Positions 18,792-28,617 of a stretch of DNA of 64,000 bases are shown one piece after another; position 1 is the stretch's first letter, and the number at the start of each line of letters is the position of its first letter. The stretch is taken from contig JAGBHV010000015.1 of NCBI GenBank assembly GCA_017935325.1, positions 12,191-76,190 of the forward strand. The letters run 5' to 3'. The position numbers and the translations under genes are program-made. The stretch comes from Clostridia bacterium (GTDB lineage Bacteria; Bacillota; Clostridia; Oscillospirales; Acutalibacteraceae). Below the pieces are notes generated by a model that was given only the letters and a program-made list of their open reading frames with translations, did not search any database and was not told where the DNA came from.

Positions 18792-19439
18792 TTATAAATC
18801 TTTCGGTTCTTCATCAACATAAACTATCTCACTATCATCTGTCGGTGTGCCGGTTTTCGGGAGCATATTTACAGGCTGAATTGATGTAACACCATCAAAC
18901 ATGGGGACATTAGTATAAACTGTTGTAACAAAATACGGATGTGTCACTCTTATAGTATAAGTAGAATAAGGCAGTACTTCGTTATTTTCTGTTGCTGAAC
19001 CTTTCTGCGGTGCAATCAGTCTTATTCCTTCAACTATACCGCTTGTATCTGTCAGTTCATCGGCAAAGGTCTGTATTCCTGTATCAAAATCTTTAGTTAC
19101 AACCACTCTTGCGCTGACTATCGGAAAAGCTTCTCTTCCGCTGAACGCCTGAACCTTCAATGTACCGTTTCCGCTGTTTTCATTTCTGAATTCATTCACA
19201 TCGCGATAAGTCGGTTCTGTTCTGCCTGCATTGTACCCGGTCGGATTTGTTCCCTCAAGTTCAGTAATATCAGCTTCCTGGCCTGTTTTGTCCTGACTAT
19301 CAATGACTGATACCACGGTTTTTGCTTCGGGCATTTTTTCAATAATATCTGATTTTACATAACCACCGTTTTCATTAGCGTACTTTAATAATTCTTCCTT
19401 ATATTTTTCAATCATATTATGTAACTCTGAATTATTCAT
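18792..19439 (-). CDS. hypothetical protein with a carboxypeptidase-regulatory-like beta-sandwich C-terminus
   Basis: The ORF track starts at 19499. The ATG at 19439 (MNNSELHNMIEKY) has GGAGG 8 nt upstream. The C-terminal GTLKVQAFSG..PIVSARVVV..TDTSGIVEGIRL..YTIRVTHPYF pattern is CarboxypepD_reg-like. No signal peptide. Confidence 0.6.
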   Translation of the reverse strand: MNNSELHNMIEKYKEELLKYANENGGYVKSDIIEKMPEAKTVVSVIDSQDKTGQEADITELEGTNPTGYNAGRTEPTYRDVNEFRNENSGNGTLKVQAFSGREAFPIVSARVVVTKDFDTGIQTFADELTDTSGIVEGIRLIAPQKGSATENNEVLPYSTYTIRVTHPYFVTTVYTNVPMFDGVTSIQPVNMLPKTGTPTDDSEIVYVDEEPKDL

Positions 19440-19500
19440 TGTATTACCTCCAAACATTTCAGTTATTACCATAATATTATTTTTAAAACTTTTTGACACA

Positions 19501-19522
19501 GAAAAAGCACCCTCGCGGGTGC
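19501..19522 (-). terminator. intrinsic terminator ending the nusB-to-DUF896 operon
   Basis: Minus strand: gcaccc / gcga / gggtgc (19507-19522), followed by tttttc. Confidence 0.75.
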
Positions 19523-19528
19523 TTTGAA

Positions 19529-19732
19529 TTACTTCTTACGCTCAATTTTTCTTTTATTACCTTTTTCATCAACAATATACGTGCTCTCAAGTGTTCCCAC
19601 AAGACTTGCTTTAAAAGCATCAATATATTCTCTTCTTAATTTTTGCCTTTCGTCCTGTTCGGCAGGAGTTAATTCTCTCTGCTTTGCAAGATGTGCCAAT
19701 TCATTTATTCTGTCAATTCTTGATTGTTCCAT
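19529..19732 (-). CDS. UPF0291/DUF896 family small protein (YnzC-like)
   Basis: 67 aa; IDRINELAHLAKQRELTPAEQDERQKLRREYI is the family hallmark. Confidence 0.85.
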   Translation of the reverse strand: MEQSRIDRINELAHLAKQRELTPAEQDERQKLRREYIDAFKASLVGTLESTYIVDEKGNKRKIERKK

Positions 19733-19733
19733 T

Positions 19734-21416
19734 TCAGTTACTCCTTTTATAAGCGTCTGCCTGATTCAGCATTTCTGTTGATGCTTCGAGCTGGCTTTGC
19801 GTAATAACAGAACCGCCGTTAATGCGTGCAAGCTCATATTTGCGTTCATTATAAGCCAGAGTTTTAACACGTGTAAATGTATGATCACCTGATGTTTCTT
19901 TATTTATAAACAAGTGATTGTCAGCAAACGAAGCTATCTGCGACAAATGTGTAACGCAGATTACCTGCTTACCGTTTGATACATCATACAGTTTTTTTGC
20001 AACCTTTGTTGCCGCCTGACCGCTGATACCTGTATCAATTTCGTCAAATATCATTGTTAAAATATCATCTTTTTCAGACAGCACATTTTTTATTGCAAGC
20101 ATAATTCTTGAAAGTTCACCGCCTGATGAAATTTTTATCAGAGATTTGGGTGCTTCGCCGACGTTTGCAGAAATCAGAAATTCTATGTCATCTTTGCCGG
20201 TAATGCCGAGTGCCTTATCTTTTCTGTCAACTTCAAAAGTAACATCAGGCATATCAAGAAATTTAAGTTCAGATGCAACTTTTGATGTAAAAATCTCTGC
20301 TGCCCTGATTCTTGATTCTGTCAGTTCATCTGCAGCATTGAGCATCTCCTGCCCTGCCGAATCAAGTTTCTGTGCTACTTCTTCTATCAGTTCTTCAGAT
20401 GAATCGATTCTTTCCAGCTTGTTCTTAAGTTCATTCAAAACATCCTGCAAACCAGCTTCATCTGTGTTATATTTCTTTGTAAGCCTTATAAGTAAATCAA
20501 GGCGTTCTTCCGTTTCTTCAAGAAGACGCGGATTAAACTCAACAGTGTCAAGGCTGTTTTTAATGCTTTGTGCAGAGTCTTCAAGCATATAAACGGAATT
20601 TGACAGATTCTGCAAAACATCTTTCATTTCTTCGATTTCAGAAATACTGTTGATTTCCTCAATCATACTTTTAAGCCTTAATAAAATACCTGCTTCTTCG
20701 TCCTCACCATTGAGTTGCGTATAAGACAGCGACAAAACCGAATTGATTTTTTCAGCATTTGCAAGTTTATTACGAAGAACTGACAGCTCATTAATTTCCC
20801 CGGGATTAATATTTGCTTTTTCAAGCTCATCAATCTGAAAGCGATAAATTTCAGCATTTTTTTCATTTTCTTCTTCACTGTTTTTCAAGCTTTTCAATTC
20901 TTTTTTCAGTGCCACAAATTTTCTGTAACAATCCATATAATGAGAAAGAAGTTTTTCATTTGAAGCTAATTTGTCAATATATGCACAATGGTTATCTTTT
21001 AAAAGTAAAGAGCGATTATCGTGCTGACCATGTATATCCACTAATGTTTTACCGAGTTCTTTGAGCATTGAAACAGTTACCGTAACTCCGTTGATTCTGC
21101 ACACATTTTTTCCGTCAGCAGAAATTTTACGTGAAATCAATAAAGAGGAATCTTGCTCCCCATCGATGCCGAGTTCATCAAGCTTTGCTTTGGTTTCGTC
21201 AGTAACAGATGTAAAAAAAGCTGTAACGCTTGCTGCATTTGTTCCGGTACGCACAAGCTCCTTTGATGTTCTTTCACCAAGAATTGCATTTATTGAATCA
21301 ATAATAATTGATTTACCGGCACCGGTTTCACCGGTCAGCACATTCAGGCCGGTATCAAAACTGATATCAGCACTTTCAATTACAGCAATATTATTAATTT
21401 TAAGACTGTTAAGCAA
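19734..21416 (-). CDS. recN: DNA repair protein RecN
   Basis: 560 aa; Walker A GETGAGKSIIID; coiled-coil middle region; C-terminal SGGELSRIMLAIK signature. Confidence 0.95.
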   Translation of the reverse strand: MLNSLKINNIAVIESADISFDTGLNVLTGETGAGKSIIIDSINAILGERTSKELVRTGTNAASVTAFFTSVTDETKAKLDELGIDGEQDSSLLISRKISADGKNVCRINGVTVTVSMLKELGKTLVDIHGQHDNRSLLLKDNHCAYIDKLASNEKLLSHYMDCYRKFVALKKELKSLKNSEEENEKNAEIYRFQIDELEKANINPGEINELSVLRNKLANAEKINSVLSLSYTQLNGEDEEAGILLRLKSMIEEINSISEIEEMKDVLQNLSNSVYMLEDSAQSIKNSLDTVEFNPRLLEETEERLDLLIRLTKKYNTDEAGLQDVLNELKNKLERIDSSEELIEEVAQKLDSAGQEMLNAADELTESRIRAAEIFTSKVASELKFLDMPDVTFEVDRKDKALGITGKDDIEFLISANVGEAPKSLIKISSGGELSRIMLAIKNVLSEKDDILTMIFDEIDTGISGQAATKVAKKLYDVSNGKQVICVTHLSQIASFADNHLFINKETSGDHTFTRVKTLAYNERKYELARINGGSVITQSQLEASTEMLNQADAYKRSN

Positions 21417-21428
21417 ACCTGACCACCC

Positions 21429-21881
21429 TTATTTTTCTATAAAGCTTTTAAACTCTTCTGTCATTTTTCCTGCAGTTTCTTCACTTCTGCAGAGAACAAA
21501 AATTGTATCGTCTCCGGCAACTGTACCTACGATTTCACTGTAGCCCATATTATCAAGCGCACTGCAAGCACCCTGTGCCATACCTGAATGGCAGTTAATG
21601 CATACTATATTCATCGCATAGTCAACACTGATGATAGCAGAATTGAAAATCATCTGAAATTTCGAACTTAAATCACTCAATTTTTCCTGCGGTAAGCTAT
21701 ATCTGTATCTGCCGTTAGAATCTGTGATTTTGATCAAGCGAAGTTCTTTTATATCTCTGGAAACAGTTGCCTGCGTAACATCAAAATCATGATTGCAGAG
21801 ATATTCAAGAAGTTCTTCCTGAGTTGCTATCGGCCTTTCTTCAATAAGTTTGAGAATAAGCGAGTGTCTTTTTCTTTTCAT
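21429..21881 (-). CDS. argR: arginine repressor
   Basis: 150 aa; winged-helix TQATVSRDIKEL; C-terminal GTVAGDDTIFV. Confidence 0.93.
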   Translation of the reverse strand: MKRKRHSLILKLIEERPIATQEELLEYLCNHDFDVTQATVSRDIKELRLIKITDSNGRYRYSLPQEKLSDLSSKFQMIFNSAIISVDYAMNIVCINCHSGMAQGACSALDNMGYSEIVGTVAGDDTIFVLCRSEETAGKMTEEFKSFIEK

Positions 21882-21905
21882 AAATACAATCTCCTCTCAA
21901 AAAGC

Positions 21906-22751
21906 TCAATTACTTCTGAGCTTTGTGTTGAGTATATCAACAAAAGTATCTGACTTTATACGGATGAAATCTGCAGTTTTTTCAGATTTTTCAACAATAA
22001 TTTTGCTGTTTTCCGGAAGCGGCACTGCCTGACCTCCGTCAAAAAAAGCAAAAACACTTCCCGGTTCATTGTTATCAATAATTTCAATTGTGCTCTCACT
22101 TCTGAAAATCATCGGACGCTGAAACATTGAATGGGGGCATACAGGTGTCAGCAAAATACTCTCTATCAACGGGTCAATTACCGGTCCACCTGCGGAAAGC
22201 GAATATGCAGTTGAACCTGTGGGTGTTGAAATAATAACACCGTCAGAATAATATTCACTTACCTTAGCGTTATCACAGTTTATAGTCAGACGTACCATAT
22301 TTACGTGCGTTCCTCTGCCTACAAAAACATCGTTTACGCAATTTACTTTATTCTCGGTTTTGCCATCGACTACAATGGACGCTGTAAGCATCATTCTTTT
22401 ATCAACTATGTAATTACCGCTGATAAGTCTGTCAAGAAGTGTCAATTCCTGCGGTTCAAGACCTGCCATAAAAGCAACTCTTCCTGCATTGATTCCGAGA
22501 ATAGGTTTTCCTTCATCAGACGCTCTCTTGGCACAATTAATAATTGTACCGTCACCACCTATTGCAATTACAACTTCTGCTTTTTTATAAAGAGTTTCTT
22601 CACCATAAAACAAATTGCAGATATCTGAAAAAACATCTTTATTTTCTTCAGGCATTGCAAATTCAGCATTGAGTTTTCTCAGGCCTTCACAAACAGACCT
22701 TGTAACTTCAGGTGCACTCTGTCTGGAAAGATTCGGAATTACAGCAAACAT
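21906..22751 (-). CDS. nadK: NAD kinase
   Basis: 281 aa; GGDGT motif (AIGGDGTIINC); C-terminal STPTGSTAYSLSAGGP. Confidence 0.93.
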   Translation of the reverse strand: MFAVIPNLSRQSAPEVTRSVCEGLRKLNAEFAMPEENKDVFSDICNLFYGEETLYKKAEVVIAIGGDGTIINCAKRASDEGKPILGINAGRVAFMAGLEPQELTLLDRLISGNYIVDKRMMLTASIVVDGKTENKVNCVNDVFVGRGTHVNMVRLTINCDNAKVSEYYSDGVIISTPTGSTAYSLSAGGPVIDPLIESILLTPVCPHSMFQRPMIFRSESTIEIIDNNEPGSVFAFFDGGQAVPLPENSKIIVEKSEKTADFIRIKSDTFVDILNTKLRSN

Positions 22752-22760
22752 ATATTCACC

Positions 22761-23579
22761 TCATTTATCAAGAGTGGTATGAGATTCCTTGGCAAGTTCT
22801 TCAGGCGACACGGAACATTTCATTTCAGATAAATCGGATTTTTCAATCAGCATCAGATATTCTATGTTGCCTTCCGGACCTTTTATCGGAGAGAATGTAA
22901 GTCCGAGAATTGAAAATCCGTTTTCTAAAGCAAACTGTGTTATCGTTTCAATAACTTCAACGTGGGTTGACAGCTCGCGGACAACACCTTTTTTTCCGAT
23001 TTTTTCGCGTCCTGCTTCAAACTGCGGTTTTATGAGACAAACGGCCTTGCCGTTTTCTTTTAAGAATTCGCGCAATACGGGTAATATAATTTTAAGTGAA
23101 ATAAAAGACACGTCAACGCTTGCAAAATCTATTTCCTCGCTGACAGTTTCTTTATCAAGATAACGGAAATTTGTTCTTTCAAGATTTATAACTCTTTCAT
23201 CTGTACGTAATTTCCAGGCAAGCTGACCGTAGCCTACATCTATTGCATAAACTTTTTTTGCACCTCTTTGCAACATGCAATCAGTAAATCCGCCGGTTGA
23301 AGCACCAATATCCATGCAGATATTATCATCAAGATTAAATTCAAAACTATTGAGAGCCTTTTCAAGCTTATATCCGCCGCGGCTCACAAATGGCATTTTA
23401 CTTCCTCTTACTTCAAGAGAATCTTCCGGTTTCAAAAACATACCCGCCTTGAGTGCTTTCTGCCCGTTGACATAAACCTGCCCTGCCATAATAAGAGCTT
23501 TTGCTTTTTCACGGCTTTCAGCGTGCCCCTGCTCAAAAACAGCACTATCAAGTCTTAATTTTTCAGCCAATGCTTTCAC
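22761..23579 (-). CDS. tlyA: TlyA-family rRNA 2'-O-methyltransferase
   Basis: 272 aa; N-terminal S4 domain; SAM motif DIGASTGGFTDCMLQRGAKKVYAIDVG. Confidence 0.9.
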   Translation of the reverse strand: MKALAEKLRLDSAVFEQGHAESREKAKALIMAGQVYVNGQKALKAGMFLKPEDSLEVRGSKMPFVSRGGYKLEKALNSFEFNLDDNICMDIGASTGGFTDCMLQRGAKKVYAIDVGYGQLAWKLRTDERVINLERTNFRYLDKETVSEEIDFASVDVSFISLKIILPVLREFLKENGKAVCLIKPQFEAGREKIGKKGVVRELSTHVEVIETITQFALENGFSILGLTFSPIKGPEGNIEYLMLIEKSDLSEMKCSVSPEELAKESHTTLDK

Positions 23580-25449
23580 TCACCTTTTTCACCATTGAAT
23601 CTGCATCGAGTCCGTATTTTTTCAGCTGTGATTCTACTGTTGCAGGTTTTACAAATTCTTCACCTACTGCTGTTACATCATAAGCTCCTTTATATCCGTT
23701 CTCCAGAAGCAATGAACCGAATCGTTCAGCTATAGAACCGTTTTTAACAGATTCTTCGAAGAAATATATATTCTTCAATCCTGATATATTTTCAAAAACT
23801 TTTTTGTTTATAGGTTTAATTTTGTTAAGCTTAATAATTCTGACATCAATACCCTTTTCTTTGAGAACTGCTTTTGCCTTGCAGGCATTTGCAAAAAGTC
23901 TGCCGTAAACCACAATTGCAGTATCACCTTTATCACCGTATATATCAAAATCATCACCGCTGTAGTTATAATCTTCCGGTAATTCTTCTTCACATCCTCG
24001 GGGATATCTGACAGCTACAGCAACTGAAGAACTATTCACAACATGATCAAAAACCGAATCCAATTCATCAAATGATGAAGGAGAATAAACTTCAATTTTC
24101 GGAATTGTATTAAGAAACGGCACATCAAAAAGTCCCTGATGAGATTCTCCGTCAAGACCTACGAAACCTGCCCTGTCAATTGCGAGAATAATTTTTAAAT
24201 CCTGCATGGCACAATCGTGAATAATCTGGTCATAGCATCTCTGAAGAAACGTTGAGTACACACAGAAAACAGGAATCATCCCGTTCTTTGCAAGCCCTGA
24301 AGCAAAAGTCACCGCATGTTCCTCGGCAATACCTACATCAAAAAATCTGTCTGCATATACATCGCTGAACCTTTCAAGACCAGTTCCGAGACTCATTGCT
24401 GCAGTAATCGCGCATATTTTATTATTTTTTTCAGCTTCACGGCAAAGCATTTTTCCGAAAAATTCTGAATACGATTCTTTACCGCAAACACTTTCACCTG
24501 TTTCAACATCAAATTTCGAAATTCCGTGGAATGTACTCGGTGATTCTTCAGCGAAATTGTAACCCTTGCCCTTTTTGGTAAGAACGTGAATCATCACGGG
24601 CTCTTCTTTATTTTTGGCAATTTCAAAAGCTGAACAAAGCTGTTCAATATCGTGTCCGTCAAACGGTCCCATATAAGCAAAACCCATTTTTTCAAACATA
24701 GTTGTTCCGTACACGGAGCTTTTAATGTAATTTTTAAGATTACGGATAAATTTTGCTATAGGTTTGCCGATACCCGGGATTGCCGAAAGGAAACGATATG
24801 TTCCTGTTTTCAGAAGATAATATCTGGGTTTTGTTCTGATTTTTGACAGATATGTTGCAACAGAACCTACATTCTTCGAAATCGACATATTGTTATCATT
24901 CAGTATAACTATAAGATTGCTTTTTTCATCACGACCTGCATTATTGAGCCCCTCATATACAAGACCGCCTGTAAATGAACCGTCACCGATTACAGCAATT
25001 GTTTTTCTTGCGTCATCAAAAAGCAACTTATTTGATACACTCACTCCGTAAGCTGCCGAAACAGAAATACTGCTATGACCGCTTGCAAAAACATCGTGCT
25101 CGCTTTCTGAAGGACGCGTAAAACCTGACAGACCGCCTTCAGTTCTGATGGTAGAAAATTTTTCGCGTCTGCCTGTTAAAATTTTATGTGTATAAGCCTG
25201 ATGACCGACATCCCATATAATTTTGTCTTCAGGCGAATTGAAAGTTTTATGAAGTGCAATTGTAAGTTCAACCGCACCGAGATTTGATGCAAGATGACCA
25301 CCGTTTTTCGAAACAGTTGCAATAAGCTCATCTCTTATTTCTCCTGCCAGAACATTCAACTGTTCAACAGACAGTTTCTTGATATCTGACGGCGAATTAA
25401 CAGCATCTAAAAATCTGTTTTCACTCATCTCTTCAATTATCCCTTTCAA
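23563..25449 (-). CDS. dxs: 1-deoxy-D-xylulose-5-phosphate synthase
   Basis: 628 aa; GGHLASNLGAVELTIALH..DVGHQAYTHKILTGR; ThDP motif GDGSFTGG. Confidence 0.96.
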   Translation of the reverse strand: MKGIIEEMSENRFLDAVNSPSDIKKLSVEQLNVLAGEIRDELIATVSKNGGHLASNLGAVELTIALHKTFNSPEDKIIWDVGHQAYTHKILTGRREKFSTIRTEGGLSGFTRPSESEHDVFASGHSSISVSAAYGVSVSNKLLFDDARKTIAVIGDGSFTGGLVYEGLNNAGRDEKSNLIVILNDNNMSISKNVGSVATYLSKIRTKPRYYLLKTGTYRFLSAIPGIGKPIAKFIRNLKNYIKSSVYGTTMFEKMGFAYMGPFDGHDIEQLCSAFEIAKNKEEPVMIHVLTKKGKGYNFAEESPSTFHGISKFDVETGESVCGKESYSEFFGKMLCREAEKNNKICAITAAMSLGTGLERFSDVYADRFFDVGIAEEHAVTFASGLAKNGMIPVFCVYSTFLQRCYDQIIHDCAMQDLKIILAIDRAGFVGLDGESHQGLFDVPFLNTIPKIEVYSPSSFDELDSVFDHVVNSSSVAVAVRYPRGCEEELPEDYNYSGDDFDIYGDKGDTAIVVYGRLFANACKAKAVLKEKGIDVRIIKLNKIKPINKKVFENISGLKNIYFFEESVKNGSIAERFGSLLLENGYKGAYDVTAVGEEFVKPATVESQLKKYGLDADSMVKKVSESIG

Positions 25450-26308
25450 GAAGTTTTAATGCGAGCTTTTTCAGAAAATCCGCATCATCACCAAAACAAT
25501 TCAAAGAATCAATTGACTGCGTTGTAAGCTCTTGTGCATATTCTTTTGACTTATCAAGTCCTAAAATCGAAACGTAAGTCGATTTATTCTTCTCACTGTC
25601 ACTGCCGATTGGTTTACCGAGCTTTTCTCGTGTTGATGTAACATCAAGAATATCATCTACAATCTGAAAAGCAAGACCGATTGCAGACGTGAATTTTTCT
25701 GCTGCGATTTTCTTGTTTTCATCAGCGTTTGCGGCAATACAACCAAGCAACGCTGCACAATTAATAAGTTTGCCTGTTTTCAGGTTATCCATAGTTTTAA
25801 GGCGTTCAAGTGAAATTATTTTGTTTTCACTCATAAGATCAACTGTCTGGCCACCTATCATTCCCTGATAACCTGCGTGTAAAGACAATGCCTTTACAGC
25901 TTCAACCTTCTGTAAATCACTGACATCGGCTTTAGTCAGCGTTTCAAAAGCAAGAGTCAGTAGTGCATCACCTGCAAGTAAGGCATATTCTTCACCGAAT
26001 TTTTTATGACATGACGGCTTACCTCTTCTCATATCATCATCATCCATACACGGCAAATCATCATGAATCAATGAATATGTGTGAATCATTTCAATCGCAG
26101 CTGCAAAAGGCAGAGCTTTTTCAGGATTTTCGCCGCACAGACGGCAAAATTCAAGCACTAAAACAGGACGGATTCTTTTTCCTCCATTCTGAAGGCTGTA
26201 ACGCATCGCATCTGCCACAATTTCCTCTTCATAGGAAGATTTGTCTATGCAGTTGTTAAGATAATTCTCAATCAAATCAAGATAAATATCGAAAGTGTAG
26301 TTACTCAT
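25433..26308 (-). CDS. ispA: (2E,6E)-farnesyl diphosphate synthase
   Basis: 291 aa; first Asp-rich motif LIHDDLPCMDDDDMRRG and second motif QIVDDILD. Confidence 0.92.
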   Translation of the reverse strand: MSNYTFDIYLDLIENYLNNCIDKSSYEEEIVADAMRYSLQNGGKRIRPVLVLEFCRLCGENPEKALPFAAAIEMIHTYSLIHDDLPCMDDDDMRRGKPSCHKKFGEEYALLAGDALLTLAFETLTKADVSDLQKVEAVKALSLHAGYQGMIGGQTVDLMSENKIISLERLKTMDNLKTGKLINCAALLGCIAANADENKKIAAEKFTSAIGLAFQIVDDILDVTSTREKLGKPIGSDSEKNKSTYVSILGLDKSKEYAQELTTQSIDSLNCFGDDADFLKKLALKLLERDN

Positions 26309-26489
26309 TATTTCCGACCTCTTTAATCTTCTGCTCCGCTTCGTTCAGACATTTTTCACAAAACGCAGACAGCTTTGTTCCCTCTTCAAAAAGCTCCATA
26401 CTTTTATCAAGAGGAAGGCTTCCTTCTTCAAGACTTTTAACTATTTCTTCAAGCTTTTTCAAAGCTTCTTCATATGTCATCTTTTCCAT
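26301..26489 (-). CDS. xseB: exodeoxyribonuclease VII small subunit
   Basis: 62 aa; YEEALKKLEEIVKSLEEGSLPLDKSMELFEEG is typical XseB; coupled to xseA. Confidence 0.9.
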   Translation of the reverse strand: MEKMTYEEALKKLEEIVKSLEEGSLPLDKSMELFEEGTKLSAFCEKCLNEAEQKIKEVGNNE

Positions 26490-27682
26490 TATTTTACCTC
26501 ACATCTGACGTTACCGTCTGCAAAATAAAGATCAAGTTCATCACCTGTCTGAACACATTGTGCTGATGTCAGCACTTTTTCTTCCTTTGTGACCATTGTA
26601 TATCCTCGCGACAAAACCTTAAGCGGACTCATCGCATCAAGTTTTCCTACAAGAGAAGAAAATTCAAGTCGGTGCTTTTTTATATTAAGTTCTGCTGAGC
26701 TTTCACAGGATAAAATCAGATTATCAAGATATTGTCTGTGTGATTTTATCATATCAGCAGGTTTGACAAAGGATTTTGAGTTTATGAGAGACGCTATTCT
26801 GTTTCTTTCATTAGCGATTTTATTCTGCATAAAATCATTCAGAAACAGTCTTACAGAACGCACATAAGCTAACTGCTCACGCATATCGGGAACAGCAAGT
26901 TCCGCCGCTGCTGACGGAGTAGGTGCACGCAAATCTGCAACAAAATCAGCTATCGTATAGTCGGTTTCATGTCCTACTGCGCTGATAACGGGAATTGAAC
27001 AATTGTAAATCGCACGTGCTACGCTTTCTTCATTAAACGCCCACAAATCCTCGATAGAACCGCCTCCTCTGCCGACAATAAGCACGTCAGCGGCTTTTAA
27101 TTCATCAAAAGTTTTTATAGCATTAACTATTGAAGGAGCTGCATTCACGCCCTGAACCTCGACTCCTTTAAAAACAACCTCAGCCAAAGGAAAACGCCGA
27201 CCGAGAACATTCAGAATATCTTCAATTGCCGCACCTGTAGGTGATGTTATCACACCAACGCGCATCGGACATTCAGGAATCGGCTTTTTATGCACGGAAT
27301 CAAACAAGCCTTCCTCAGATAACTTCTGTTTTAATTTTTCGAATGCAAGATTCAGGTTTCCGAATCCGTCAGGCATCATATCTTCAATGTACAGCTGATA
27401 TTGTCCGTCACGTTCAAAAACAGAAATTCTTCCGACTGCAATTACCTGCATGCCATCTTCAGGCATAAAACGCAGTCTCCTGTTTGCCGTAGAAAACATT
27501 ACTGCTTTAATTGACGATTTATCATCTTTCAGAGTCATGTAAAAATGACCTGTTCTGTAGTGATTTTTAAAATTTGAAATTTCACCGCTTATTATTACTG
27601 CTTTGAGATTAATATCTTCATCAATAAGCGACTTAATATAAGTATTGACTTGTGTTACAGTCAAAGCTGAAGGAGTAATCAT
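26489..27682 (-). CDS. xseA: exodeoxyribonuclease VII large subunit
   Basis: 397 aa; N-terminal OB fold (LTVTQVNTYIKSLI..ISGEISNFK); motif RGGGSIEDLWAFNEE. Confidence 0.93.
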   Translation of the reverse strand: MITPSALTVTQVNTYIKSLIDEDINLKAVIISGEISNFKNHYRTGHFYMTLKDDKSSIKAVMFSTANRRLRFMPEDGMQVIAVGRISVFERDGQYQLYIEDMMPDGFGNLNLAFEKLKQKLSEEGLFDSVHKKPIPECPMRVGVITSPTGAAIEDILNVLGRRFPLAEVVFKGVEVQGVNAAPSIVNAIKTFDELKAADVLIVGRGGGSIEDLWAFNEESVARAIYNCSIPVISAVGHETDYTIADFVADLRAPTPSAAAELAVPDMREQLAYVRSVRLFLNDFMQNKIANERNRIASLINSKSFVKPADMIKSHRQYLDNLILSCESSAELNIKKHRLEFSSLVGKLDAMSPLKVLSRGYTMVTKEEKVLTSAQCVQTGDELDLYFADGNVRCEVK

Positions 27683-28617
27683 TTTCTTTTCTCCATGATT
27701 GCGGTAAGAATTGAGATACCTGCGGCATTATCAGATGAAAATTCAGGTTTTGCAAATCTGCCTGAAAAACGTTCTGAAAAATCGCGACTGATAATTGAAT
27801 TGGACATAACACCGCCTGCGTAAACAAGCGGTAAATTACCATACTCATTTATCAACGATTTCGTCATTTCTTCTAATGCACGGCTTATATACGTAATGCA
27901 GTATTTCGCGATATCTTCCTTTTTATCGCCGTTCTCAATCATTTTAGCGCATTTGTTTTCAAGACCTGAAAGGCAACAATCCGCACCTTTCATTGTAGGT
28001 TTAATTTTATATTCTTTATTACTGTCAGATGCAAATTTATCGAGTTCTTTTCCGCAAGGGAACTGAAGACCCATCATAACCCCTACGCGGTCGATAGCTT
28101 GTCCCGCTTTCAGGTCAAGGGTTTTAGCCACAAGAGAAATTTTAAAGATTTTCTCTTTATCAGGTTTTACAAGTAAAGCCTCTGTTGTACCTCCTGAAAG
28201 ATGAAAAGCAATAAACTCTTTATCGATAAGATCCATTGAATCCGACGAATACAAAGCAGCTGCAATGTGACCTGCCTGATGAGAAAAAGTATAAAGCGGT
28301 ATATTATTTACATTACTGATTGCCTTTGCAGAACTTACACCTGCCAAGAAGCATGGCATATACGAGCCTTCTTCATCTCTTGGTGATACTGACACACCAA
28401 CAGCAGAAATATCGAAATTACGTTCTGAAAAAAGTTCATCAAACATCATGGGCAACTGAACAGTATGGTGAAACACTGCATCACTTTGCCTGAGACCTAA
28501 AGCCCCTTCTTTAACAGGCAAAAGTTTTTTCGCCTGAAAAACAGCATTTGTGTCGTCATTATATACACTGACAGAAGTAGTATAATTACTTGTGTCAATT
28601 CCAAGAAACTCAGCCAT
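27679..28617 (-). CDS. TsaD/Kae1-family (ASKHA, 'glycoprotease M22') paralogue
   Basis: 312 aa; LGIDTSNYTTSV N-terminal phosphate loop; SHQAGHI metal motif (HxxGH); C-terminal AGGVMSN. Starts and stops overlap nusB and xseA. Confidence 0.75.
   Translation of the reverse strand: MAEFLGIDTSNYTTSVSVYNDDTNAVFQAKKLLPVKEGALGLRQSDAVFHHTVQLPMMFDELFSERNFDISAVGVSVSPRDEEGSYMPCFLAGVSSAKAISNVNNIPLYTFSHQAGHIAAALYSSDSMDLIDKEFIAFHLSGGTTEALLVKPDKEKIFKISLVAKTLDLKAGQAIDRVGVMMGLQFPCGKELDKFASDSNKEYKIKPTMKGADCCLSGLENKCAKMIENGDKKEDIAKYCITYISRALEEMTKSLINEYGNLPLVYAGGVMSNSIISRDFSERFSGRFAKPEFSSDNAAGISILTAIMEKRK

Noticed and set aside
19524-19781. The 85-aa plus-strand ORF opposite the DUF896 gene.
   Set aside because: The minus-strand ORF carries the recognisable UPF0291 motif and is coupled to recN by a 1-nt gap. 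The plus-strand frame is a hydrophobic, low-complexity shadow.
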